From Octopus bimaculoides (Eukaryota): a stretch of 64,000 bases of DNA. Shown here in pieces: positions 29,101 through 42,636 of this stretch (the first letter of the stretch is position 1; the number at the start of each line of letters is the position of its first letter). Both the position numbers and the translations under genes were made by a program. Location of the stretch: the NCBI RefSeq assembly GCF_001194135.2, contig NC_068988.1:87578972-87642971 (forward strand), read 5' to 3'. The notes below the pieces were generated by a model, which worked only from the letters and a program-made list of their open reading frames with translations, searched no databases and had not been told where the DNA came from.

Positions 29101-31252
29101 GTTCTTTGACCCCACGCTGATACCAGTTCTTGTCCTTCAAGGTGAAGAACTCCTCTTGGTTGATGATGCATTGCAAGCGCAGGAAGTGATTCACAAATAA
29201 TAATCTGAGGGAGTTAGGTCCAAACTATATGCTGAGTGTGGTATCAGCTCAATTCTTTCAAGTTCTTGAAGTTCAATCAGGATCATTCATGCAGCGTGAG
29301 GTCTTGCGTTGTCTTGCTGTGGAAGAACCTTCTTTCTGTTAACCAATGCCAGGTATTTTTGCCACACAATGGCATGCATCAGCCCCAGTTATTCGGAGTA
29401 CAGGTTGGCATCGATGGTTTGACCGTCTTGAACAAACTTATAAAGAATTATCTACCCCTTCATAATTCTGCCAGATGCAGAGCATCACCTCGTGTTTGAA
29501 ACGCCCATGTTTAGCGACAGGTTCTGAAAGCAAACCCTTGCTTAACCACTGCTTATTCATGTTAGAATTATTACCCCTAACTTCATTTCTCCAGAGCAAA
29601 AACCAGCAGTGACCCATTAACAAAGCAGCCTCTATATGGTCACGTGATCTATTAAAAATAACTACAAAATCTCCCTCAAATCACCCTACACACACACACT
29701 GTTTTAATAAAATGAAAGACAGATGCATTAGATAATGCAGTCCTTCAAAACATCAAAGAGTTTGTTCACTCATAGTTGTCCATCCAGACCCTCACCTGCT
29801 TCCAAGCAAATATTTCCCTATAACCAGACATGGTTTTATGAAAGATTAGAAATGAAGGACACAACTTGCATGAAGGTGACACTCGTGTACAGCTATTACA
29901 TAATGTAAAATGCAATGAGACACACACACACGCACAGAGTTTCCAGCCAAACCGTCCAACCCATGCCAACATGGAAAACAGATGTTAAATGATGATGATG
30001 ATCACACACACAATGGATGGGCTTCTTTCAGTTTCCATTTACCAAATCTGCTCACTGGTGTCTTCTATTATAGCCCAGAGCTATAGTAAAAGACATGTGC
30101 TCAAAGTGTCATGCAGTGGGATTGAACCTGGAACCATGTAGTTGAGAAGCCAAACTTCTTATCACACACACACACAGTGCCTACATCAAGTACACAACAT
30201 ACAAAAACAGTCTCCTCACATCACTCCTCTGGCCTAATTTTCCCATGATTTAATTTAGATTAAAATATCTAACGAAGATGGAAAAAGAATTGTAATAAGA
30301 TGTGGTGAGGTGTGTGGTGTTGGTGTGGTAGTATGAATATAGAATTGGTCATAGTTGTGGTGTAGATATGTTGGTTGCAGTGGTGGTGGTGGTAGTAGTA
30401 GCAGTTGCAGTAGTTGTGGCGGTAGTGTTTATGGAGGGGGGTGTTGTAGTGATTAAAACACTGATTGAGCAGACTCTGTTGCTTAAAGACAATCTGACCT
30501 CGACCACCCCGTTTTCCTTTGTATATCTAGGGCACCACTGGCTAATGTGTCCTTTTGCAGACAGAGGATGTGATTTGAGGAAATCTGATTGCTATTTTTA
30601 GCAGGTTAATTGACCACATTGAGTGTTTCTTCATTGGTAACAATGGCAGAAGTTACAATGACAGTGACAGTAGTGGTGATGGTTGTGATAGTGGTTGGTG
30701 ATGATGATAATAATGGTGGCAGTGGTGGTGATGGTAGTGAAATTATTAGATGTGCCTGAGAGGTAACAAAGAAAAAAAAGAGGTAAGCAACTAGGGAAGT
30801 AGCCGTCATCACAGCCACCCCCTACCAGTAAACAGTCTAGCCTAGCTACCCCAAGAGACTAGTCTGCCACCCAACTTCCCTCTCACTCTACCATCATCAT
30901 CAGCATAGCTCACCTCACCAGAATTCAAGGTTACCCATGCTAAGAGAGAGAGAGGGGGGGGAGAAGAGAGAGAGAGAGAGAGAAAGAAAAGAGGAGAGAG
31001 AAATGGATGGGAGCAGAAAGTGGAGGATGCTGGGTTGTGGCAGTGGCAATTAAATCCAAAAGCTAATTAGGTTGAAACAAGTAGAGTAGAGTGATATATA
31101 CTAGCTACTGCTAGACTGATGCCTACACCATCACCCCACCCGCCAGCACTAGGAATTCATGTCTAGATGTATATTTGCAGGCACACATGTATGAATATGT
31201 GTGAGTGTACATACATATACATATGTATATAATATAAAGGTATATATGTGTT

Positions 31253-31305
<53 letters not shown>

Positions 31306-31727
31306 TCAAAGGTATACATATAGCTAAAGTTTGTTGACATACATTTGTATATTAATGCCCTCCTTTCTCTGTCTCTTCACACACACACATACTCAAATGT
31401 GTATATATAACTAGTTAAGTTTGTTTACATACATTTGTATATTAATGCGACTCTTTTCACACACACACACAAACCCATATATATATTATATATATTATAT
31501 ATATATATTTCATTATATGTATTTATTTCCTCTTAGTTAACAATTAACTCCGACAAAACAAATTGATTAATAGATACCACAAAATAACTGTGGTGTAACT
31601 CCTGTTTATGAGGTAGAAACTCCCTGTTAATTTGGGGTATTTTGAATAAATATAAAATTTAATAAATGGATATGCATATGTTAAATAAAAGAATTCATTT
31701 AACATAAGCGTATTACTCCATTTATTA

Positions 31728-31764
<37 letters not shown>

Positions 31765-32242
31765 AATGTATGTATGCGCATGCACATTCTAAACTAGGTA
31801 GATTTATTTACTGTAGTTAATATAAAAAAAAAACAATGTACCTGAATGAATAGGAGGGCCCTCTATGTGGTCAATCAACTTGTTAAAAAAAACAGTCAAA
31901 TCTCTCAAATCACACCTTACAGTCATTAAAAAAAAAAGTAAGAAAAGAAAAAGGAGACTGGATAATGCAGCTTCTTAGACAGAATGTCTCAATAAAAGAC
32001 AGGAGGGTCATGCCTGAATTGTATATGATCACATGTCTGTCAAATCAAGCTGACAGCTACAGCAATGGCCAAGAGGAACAAGTGTAATAGATAAAAAGAA
32101 ACTACAAAAAATGGTGCTGGTGCTGATGATGATGACAGTGGTAGTGAAGATGATGATGATGATGGTGGTGGAGGTCGTGGTGATGATAGCAGTGGTGATG
32201 ATAGCAGTGGTGATGATGATGCTGACCATAATGATAGCGGTG

Positions 32243-32292
<50 letters not shown>

Positions 32293-33247
32293 GAATGAGA
32301 ATTGGCACTATTGCCAAGAACATCTATTTCTGTGTCTTTTGTGTTATTGTTAGCTCTTGTACTGAACTGGAGGTGATGGAGGAGATGGTGGCAGTGCCAT
32401 GGTGATGGGGGAGCCTCATGTGAGGATGGCATGCACTGCGACTGTGAGGTGGCAGCAATGGTGATGTAGTGGTAGCAATACCTTGAGTGGTGGTGGTCCA
32501 CAGTGGAGTGGTAGCATGTAGTATGACAGTGGTTCATAGAGTGGTAGTGGTAGTCTGTAGTGTAGTGGTAGTGGTGAATGTTCATGGCTTAGTGGTTAGG
32601 GTATTCGGTTCATAATCGTATGGTCATGAGTTCGATCCCTGGTGGCGCAGTGTGTCCTTGACCAAGACACTTTATTTCATGTTCCAATCAACTCAGCTGG
32701 CAAAAAAATGAGCAGTACCTGTAATTCAATGGGCCAGCTTTGTCACACTCCATGTCATGCTGAATCTCCCTAAGAACTATGCTAGGGGCATGCATGTCTG
32801 TGGAGTGCTCAACCACTTGCATGTTAATTTCACAAGCAAGTAGTTACGTTGATTGGATCAACTGGAACCCTCGTCATCAGAATGACAGAGTGCTAGTGTG
32901 TGTGTGTGTGTGTGTGTGCGTGTGTGTGTTGTGAAAGCATGTGGCTTAGTGGTTAGGGCACTCAGCTCAAGATTCTAAGGTCCTGTGTTCGATACCAGAT
33001 GGCATATTGAGTCCTTGAGCAAGACACTTTATTTCATGTTGCTTCAATTCACCCAGCTGATAAAAAATGAGTAGTACCTGGATTTCAAAGGGCCAGCTTT
33101 ATCAAATTCTGGGTCACGCTGAATCTCCCTGAGAATTCCATTAAGGGTATGCGTGTCTATGGAGTGCTCAGCCACTTGTACATTAATTTTATGAACAAGT
33201 TATTCCGTTGATCGGATCAACTGGAACTCCTAACCGATGGAGTACTA

Positions 33248-33294
<47 letters not shown>

Positions 33295-34136
33295 TTGTGA
33301 AGGTACAAGTCAATGGGAACCCTCATCAATGCCACCAATGGAGCAGCAGGCAGTGGTAATGGTGGCATGTAGTGTGCCAGTGCTTCAGAGTGGTGATGGT
33401 CATATATACCAGGGGTCTTCAAACTGTGGTCCGCGGACCACAGGGGGCCCACAAGGACAAGACAGGGGGTCCATGGACAGCCTGAAATATAAAGGAGTCC
33501 GCAAGTCAAAAAGTTTGAAAACCCCTGATATATACAGTGATAGTTGTGATAACAATGCTGATGTTGTTTAGCCACAGTAAATCCTGGTTGTGCAAACCTA
33601 TGATCAGAAACGTTCCAACCATAACCACCCTGTATTTTTAAGGCTGCCATGGAATAAATTACCTGAAGTTACTTTACTTTCATTTTTTTTTTTTAAGACA
33701 ATAGAGTATGTTTTGATATGGCTGCTATTTCTAGCATCTTGAACAACCATACCAGAAGCTCTCTCTCTCACTGGCTCGCGGGCTCCTGGTTGGTGAGAGC
33801 AGCTGGAGTGCTGACTGCATTTAGGATGATAGTGGTGGTGAAAGCAGGTAACATGGTAGTGGTGTTTGCAGTAGCAGTTGTAGCAGTAACAGTGTATTGT
33901 ATATAGAAGCAGTAATGACTACAGTGGTGGTAGTGCCTGTGAGTGTAGTGCATACATCAGGGGGAAGAAGGTGACGGTGCCGACCTGCTCTCACCACCAC
34001 GCATATAGTTGGTAAATGGTTAGATGGCGGCGTTGATGAAGTGGTGACGAACAGACTATTCAGGGTTACCAAGCACAGAAAGAACTACAGCTGAGAATAG
34101 AATAACCCCCCACACATACACAAACATACCGAAACC

Positions 34137-34168
<32 letters not shown>

Positions 34169-37100
34169 TTAATAATTAGCTAGCAGCCTCAGGTGTGCCA
34201 ACATCACTAAACAAACCACCCACCTCCACTCAATCCCCACCAGACTGTGTCTCTAGCTCATATAACAACTAGAAGGCTTATAGTTAGCAAGGTTAATACA
34301 TTTTTATCATGAGGGCTCCATGAGGGCCTCATTAAAGCCATTATGCTCACTTCTCTGACAATAACAACACTGTGTAACATGGATTTTGTCCCTGGGTAGT
34401 AACTGTTATTTCCTATTAGCTTACCCTTAGAAAGTGTGAAGAATGCCTAATATTTCCTTCAAACCATGCTTTTGTTACATTTATTCAAATTCCAAAGAAT
34501 CCCTCTCAACACATGGGTATGATGTTCTCCCACTACTTGTGCTAATGATCATGAATGCACTAAGGGACGTGCTCAAGTGGTTACGGTCAAGTCGCTGATT
34601 TGCAAATCTGTGATACTGAACAGAATATTTGCCCCCCCAAAAAAAAAAAATTTCTGCTTCAGCAACTCGGCGCTAAATCTGTCTGAAATGTAATGGAAAA
34701 TAGGGGAGTTTCCAAACATTGATGTCCAGGTCACAAGAGCAGAGTTTGAAGAGAATGGTAGTCATTTCCTTTGGTTTCTAGACCAAAGCCAAAACAAATA
34801 TGAATTAGGAATCACTCTTGCAATCTCAAGTGCAAGATGCTAGTCTACTAACATGCCTAACACTCCTCCAAAATCTGGGATAATCATTCTTATTGTTTTA
34901 ACATCCATTTTTCCATCATGCTGGCATGAGTCAGATACAGTTTATTGAAGTAGATTTTCTACGACTGGATGTTCTGCCTACCTCTAATCCTCACTGGCTT
35001 CTAAAGCAGGTAATATTTCTCCATGGCCAGACATGTTTCGGTGGAACATACCAAATGAACAACACTGCTTGTCTGACAGCAACATTCATTTACAACTATC
35101 ACGCAAACATGAAGAAACACACACACACACATTCACAACCATCATGTTCGATGCTGGCATGGGTTGGCTGGTTTGATAGGATCTAGGATCTTGAGATCAG
35201 CCTTCACTACTTTGTCCTGTTTCACTGGGTCTCCCTCTTCCACGAGCTTCATCTACCTTCTGTATGCAGCTGTCCTCCATCCATACACATCACATGACCA
35301 AACCAGCAATCCTCTCTCTTGTACACATCTGATTATTCTTATGACTACTTTTTCTATCAATACATGTATGTGTGTATGTGGGTGCATATATACAGAGACA
35401 CAGAAACATACATACATACATATATATGTACATGGTGGTTGTCTACTCCTTAAACAGAGTTTGACCACCTCCTGCACCTACACCTTAGCCCTTTCATGGC
35501 GTCTGATGTGGCTTTTTAAACCAGACAGTGTTTTGAAAAAACACCAACACAGACTGCACCTCTGATTTGCACTACCAATACCTGCAAGTAAGTTCTGCTC
35601 ATTGTGGATCCTAACATGTCTTTTAAGACCCCCATTGGATTTGCAAGCTCTCTGGCACACACCACATTCAAACGTGTGCACAGACATATAATCAGAATAG
35701 CTGGTTGAAGTTTGTTTTCCATGGGTATATGTACATATATATACATATATATGTACATACATACATATAAACATATATATATATATATACATACACATAT
35801 ATACGTGTGTGTTTCAAAAGAAAATTATAAAAATATATGTATATACACTCACATATACATACATATACTCACATAAATATCTATATATTTACATGTGCAT
35901 ATTCATATTGTGCATGTGTGTGTCTATGGGCATGTCTTTGTGCCGCTTGAATACTAACCAGTGCTGGTTTGTTTATGCTCCTGTAACTTAGCAGTCTGGC
36001 AAAAAAAAAAAAAACTGATAGAATAAGTACGAGGCTTAGGAATAAAAAAAGTACTGGGATCGATTAGTTCGATTGAACACCTCCAAAGAGCTGCCCTAGC
36101 ATGGCCACAGTGTAATGACTGAACAAGATAAAAGATATAAGATAATGGAGAAACTTACAAAGCCTAGCACACATTTATCCTCCCTCATTGTACCACAGCA
36201 GCCACAAAACGCCAGCAGCGCTATTGTGCCACCAGCACCTATCAAGAGGTATGTTGCTACTTCGAACCATTCTTCTCCAACTACTACAGATACTTCTCGT
36301 GCACTGTATTCCGTAACCAAGTACCAAATTCCAACTGCCAAGGCACCACAGCCTAATATCTGGAAAGAGAAAAAGGTAAAAATTCTATAATAAGATTCAA
36401 ACGGAAGCACAAGTAGAGTAAATTGAGACATGTTCAACAGATGTGGGTAACTAAATGTAGCAAAATTATTATATNNNNNNNNNNNNNNNNNNNNNNNNNN
36501 NNNNNNNNNNNNNNNNNNNNNNNNNNNNNNNNNNNNNNNNNNNNNNNNNNNNNNNNNNNNNNNNNNNNNNNNNNNNNNNNNNNNNNNNNNNNNNNNNNNN
36601 NNNNNNNNNNNNNNNNNNNNNNNNNNNNNNNNNNNNNNNNNNNNNNNNNNNNNNNNNNNNNNNNNNNNNNNNNNNNNNNNNNNNNNNNNNNNNNNNNNNN
36701 NNNNNNNNNNNNNNNNNNNNNNNNNNNNNNNNNNNNNNNNNNNNNNNNNNNNNNNNNNNNNNNNNNNNNNNNNNNNNNNNNNNNNNNNNNNNNNNNNNNN
36801 NNNNNNNNNNNNNNNNNNNNNNNNNNNNNNNNNNNNNNNNNNNNNNNNNNNNNNNNNNNNNNNNNNNNCAATTGTATATATATATCATTATTGTCGTTTA
36901 ATGTCCGCTTTCCATGCTAGCATGGGTTGGACGATTTGACTGAGGACTGGTGAAACCAGATGGCTACACCAGGCTATATATATATATATATATACATATA
37001 AATTTGACATGGGCGCTTCTTTCTTGTCTTGGGATTCACAGTTAAACGGCTGGGTGGAATTACGTGAAAAATTACCACTGATGCTGGGCTTTGTATTTTT

Positions 37101-37333
37101 TCATAGCTCCCATGGTTACCGAGATAATCTACTATAATAATACTCTTGTGTTCTTGAATGAGAAAGGAAGGGGTGATAGATGAATAAGGAAGGAAGGGGT
37201 GATGTCATACTTGGTAGTGGGATGATGAAAATTGTACACTGAAAAAACTAAATCAAACAGCGTTTATGTAAATATGAATGAACTCGTTGAACTCTGTTTA
37301 ATAAGTTAAATCATATACCTATATATATATATA

Positions 37334-37379
<46 letters not shown>

Positions 37380-37621
37380 GATGAATGCACGTGGATATAT
37401 ATAAATATTTATGTATGTTTGTGTGTGTGTGTATATCATCATCGTTGTTGTTTAACGCCTGTCTTCCATATGTATGTATGTATGTATATATGTATGTATA
37501 TATATATATATTTCCCATGGTTAATGTAATGACAAGTTGATTGACATTTCAAGTTCAACCTGTATTGTAGTGGTGAAGGAGGGAGATGGATATATGGAAA
37601 TGTATGTATGTATGTATGTAT

Positions 37622-37679
<58 letters not shown>

Positions 37680-40600
37680 CTATGTTTAGTGATGTGTGAG
37701 CAACTAATTTTCCCAACAATAGGGGGGGGGGGAAATCAAAAGTGCATGGTGGATAATGAAGGGCCTGCCCATGTATGTGTATACAGATATAAATAAATAT
37801 TTGTATGTATATGTGTGGGAGACCTTTAATGTGTGTATAGTTGAAAAATGAGAAAAGGAGAGAAACAAGAGGAATGAGGAATGTAAAAGTAGGTAAGTAA
37901 AAAATAAAAATAATATGGTGAGTCAACACCAATAATTCTTGAGGTCTTGCTGGAATCTACCTACACAGTTCACATAGTTTTAGAATGGCATTATGGCTGA
38001 GTGTATTTAGCTGAATTGTTCATGTGTATGAGCATACATAACTGTATGTATATGCACACACACACGCAAATAGCCACAAGAAAATTATATATAAAGCCCA
38101 CTAAAATCTATGTGTGTTTCTGGGCTTGTGAAGTGTCTGTGTGAATAAGTGCATAAGTACCACTCAATCTTTCTACACATAATCACACAAACAGCTACAC
38201 AAAGATTAAATGCCTTGATTAGATGAATTAACCCTTTTGTTACCCTCTTTTTGGTGAAATTTCCTGTCTTTGTTTCAATTAATGAAGGGTTTAGTAAAAT
38301 AGCTTTGTTGTTATTAAGCTGGTGTTTGGAACAAATGAACATGAAATTTTGAAGAAGGATGTTATTTTTTAAAATTTTATTTAAACCGACCGTATCGGCC
38401 ACATTATAGTCTACATGTTTTATGATCAAACTGGCCAGATCTGGCCTCTCCCACCTACCCTATAATGTCATTCTAAAAATAAACAATCACGCTAGCAAAA
38501 TCTTGAAACAACAAGATAATGCATGATTAATTCAAAACAATTACAAAGAAGTTTGTATCATAAGAGCCAAGCCAGAGGCAGTCCCAGGGAGGTTGGAATC
38601 AAAAGGGTTAAATCATTTTAAAACAAAGAAGTTTGTATCATAAGAGCCAAGCCAGAGGCAGTCCNNNNNNNNNNTTTAAAACAAAGAAGTTTGTATCATA
38701 AGAGCCAAGCCAGAGGCAGTCCCAGGGAGGTTGGAATCAAAAGGGTTGAATCATTTTAAAACAAAGAAGTTTGTATCATAAGAGCCAAGCCAGAGACAGT
38801 CCCAGGAAGGTTGGAATCAAAAGGGTTAAATCATTTTAAAACAAAAAAGTTTGTATCATAAGAGCCAAGCCAGAGACAGTCCCAGGAAGGTTGAAATCAA
38901 AAGGGTTAAATCATTTTAAAACAAAGAAGTTTGTATCATAAGAGCCAAGCCAGAGGCAGTCCCAGGGAGGTTGGAATCAAAAGGGTTAAGATGTGCCTTG
39001 CAAGGATAGCGCGTCTAGTTATTACTAACAGTGTGTGTGTGTATGTGTGTGAGTAGTATGGCCGATATACAAGTGAGAAGACCAAGTTCAAAGGAGAACT
39101 CAATATACAAGTTGGTATCAAAAAGTTCCCAGATTAGTTATGTTTAATAAAAAATAACTTATTTATCTAAGTTTTAACATCATCCCCTTCAAAATAGTCA
39201 CCTTGTACAGTGATACACCGGTCCCAGTGTGTCTTGCCACCTTTGGAATCTGGCCTAGAAGTTGTTTCCCACAAGTGAGTTAAGGACCTTCTGCGATTTG
39301 CTCTGGATTTTGACAATGTTAAAATGGCAACCTTTGAGCTGCAGTTTCATCTTGGGAAAAAGGCGGAAGTCTGTAGGTGTTAAATCAGGCAAATGGAGCG
39401 GGTGCGAAAGTGATGCTATTTTTTTTTTTGGCATACAATCCATTGCCTCGTTGCCGTAATCCTGCTGAAGCATGGTCAATGTTTCCGTAGCAGACTTCCA
39501 AAGTTTAATGCAAAATTTCACGTCGGCTCTTTGTTCTAACTTTCCTGTCCATGACAAAATCGCAGACTACAGCATACATGCAATCACAAAGACACAAATT
39601 TCACAACTTGTGAAGTAAACGCGGTGATGTCACTTGGCACATACATTGCGTCACGAAGGTCACTGCTAGCTCTCACTGTGCATGCCACCATGTGCTGCCA
39701 TCTGTTGGTGTGTTCCAGAACTAGTCTGGGAACTTTTTGATACCACCTAGTATGAGTTGGATGCAATATATATATATATATATAAATGGAACAAAAACAG
39801 AATAGAGGGCATTAAAACGTTCGGACAGATAGACGATACATAGGCGGACAAGAGAAACAACAATTAGGACAGGCAAAAAAAGACCAGTCATTCTTGGCTT
39901 TCTTTCATCAATTTATACATAAATATACATACATAAATATACATACATATATATACACATATATATATATATATATACACTACACACATACATACATATG
40001 CACACACAAGAGAAGATAACCCAAACTAATAGGTATGCGTTCTGATGATCCAAAAACCAGGATATCACAGAAATAGCTATCAGAGACTATCTCTACTATC
40101 TTTACCAGTTTTGTATAACTTCACTATTTTTAGATTGAATTAAATGAATTTAAGTGTTATAGTCTCATCATGACTAATTGTTTGCCTTCCTCAATACTTC
40201 AACTATATATATCTATCTATCAATATATATATATATATATCAGTTATATATATATATATATATATGTAAATATATAAAAATAAAAAGATAAAGAGAGCAA
40301 TGGTAAGGTTGGAGAAGTATTTTATGGATAGAGTCTTACAGCTGTTTCTGGGAAGATCCAGTACTTCCCTTCATCGGAGACAGAAAAAAATAAAGTAATC
40401 TATTATTATACCCATAGGCGGATATTTTTAGTATGAAATGGTAAAGAGTGTTATGCGCTGAAAAAAGAGNNNNNNNNNNNNNNNNNNNNNNNNNNNNNNN
40501 NNNNNNNNNNNNNNNNNNNNNNNNNNNNNNNNNNNNNNNNNNNNNNNNNNNNNNNNNNNNNNNNNNNNNNNNNNNNNNNNNNNNNNNNNNNNNNNNNNNN

Positions 40601-42571
40601 NNNNNNNNNNNNNNNNNNNNNNNNNNNNNNNNNNNNNNNNNNNNNNNNNNNNNNNNNNNNNNNNNNNNNNNNNNNNNNNNNNNNNNNNNNNNNNNNNNNN
40701 NNNNNNNNNNNNNNNNNNNNNNNNNNNNNNNNNNNNNNNATATATATATATATATATATACATACATATTTTCTTCATCATCTATTCTCTCTTTTCCCAT
40801 CTGGGTTAGTCATGTATCTCCTCTACAGGAAGACACCTGTTTCTATCTCCCTATTATGCTACCTCTCATCAGCTGGTACAAAGCCACCTCCCACAATACT
40901 TCTCGGTCTCTCTGAGAGTCTTGTCTTGCAAATTACTTCACTACTTTAGTGCTAGTGCCACATAAAAAGCATCCTGTATGCTGTGTAAAGTGGTTGGCAT
41001 AAAGAAGGGTTACTGACTGTAGAAACCGTGCCAAAGCAGATAAAGTTTGGCACAGCCCTCTGGCTCACCAGCTCCTGTCAAACCATCCAACCCATGCCAT
41101 CATAGAAAGTGGATGTTAAAAGATGATGATGATGATGACGACAATGATACAAAGATCCCTGTGAGTGCATATATATATATTCTGAGTGAATGGTATGACA
41201 GCCAGCATGTGAATGTATATGAGATTGTGCATACACACACAAGCCTTGGTAGAAGTGTGTTTAAGAGAGTATTTATGTTACAGTGCATGTACGATTGTGT
41301 ATATATTAACATGATGGGCAGTGGTGGCAGGAGGTTCATGTGTATGTATGTGTATGTTGGGGTGGGGGGTGGGGGTGAATGAATAGATTTTGGTTTCAAA
41401 ATTCATTTCCGTGACACGGGCACTATCACCAGCATCACCACATTTTCATGTCAACAGTGTTTCAGGGTCCAGGCTAAAGATATATACACATTGTTGTTGG
41501 CACTCCGTCGCTTACGACGTCGAGGGTTCCAGTTGATCCGATCAAAGGAACAGCCTGCTCGTGAAATTAACGTGCAAGTGGCTGAGCACTCCACAGACAC
41601 GTGTACCCTTAACGTAGTTCTTGGGGATATTCAGCGTGACACAGAATGTGACAAGGCCAACCCTTTCAATTACAGGCACAACAGAAACAGGAAGTAAGAG
41701 TGAGAGAAAGTTGTGGTGAAAGAGTACAGCAGGGCTCGCTACCATCCCCTGCCGGAGCCTCGTGGAGCTTTAGGTGTTTTCGCTCAATAAACACTCACAA
41801 CACCCGGCCTGGGAATCGAAATCGCGATCCTATGACCGCGAATCCGCTGCCCTTACCACTGGGCCATTGCACCTCCACGATATATACATAGAGGGGAGGG
41901 AAAATGATAAAGACTTCTAATGATAAAGAAATTCCTCAGAATTCTGCATGAGGTCTGGTGGAAGAGACAGAGAGAGGGGGAAGGACGAGAAAATAGTGAG
42001 ACGGAGAGTCAGTATTACATTTCAAAGTGATTTGCTTGGCATCAGAGTCGAAAGGAGCCTAAAAAATCATATCTTGTTCCTCTTCCTCCGCTACCATCAA
42101 CTCCTTCCCCATACCACAATCAATGCTCTGCATTATTCTCCCCAACTCCTTAAAATGGGGAACAAATACCAAGAACTACCTAACCCACCATTTTATTACT
42201 ACCTGAGCAGGTATTGAGGAATTACTACTCAGAGAAAATTCTAGAAGGATTTTAGTTATTTATTTATTTATTTTTTTTTTCAAGAGGCTGTCATGTACTG
42301 GAATTGACTGGGATTGGCATAATTGACTATTTCTCCTAGCAACTATAATGACTATTATTATTACAGAGTTGGTTAACGGAAATTGTAACGACCACACATG
42401 CATGCACGCATGCATACACAAAACTATAGATATAAACATGTACACACATACCCATAGATATACATACACATAAACACACAGTAACATAATGAGCAGCACC
42501 ATAGAAGTAATATCCTAGACGTCCTAAGTTCATAGCAGTTTTTACTCTAGTTTGTAATCTCAAATACATTC

Positions 42572-42636
<65 letters not shown>

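Noticed and set aside
32029-32585. His-rich / Val-Met-rich ORFs (also 30.4, 33.2-34.1 and 58.4-58.8 kb)
   Set aside because: Low-complexity (GGT/GAT/CAC)n tracts typical of these introns; no splice or homology support
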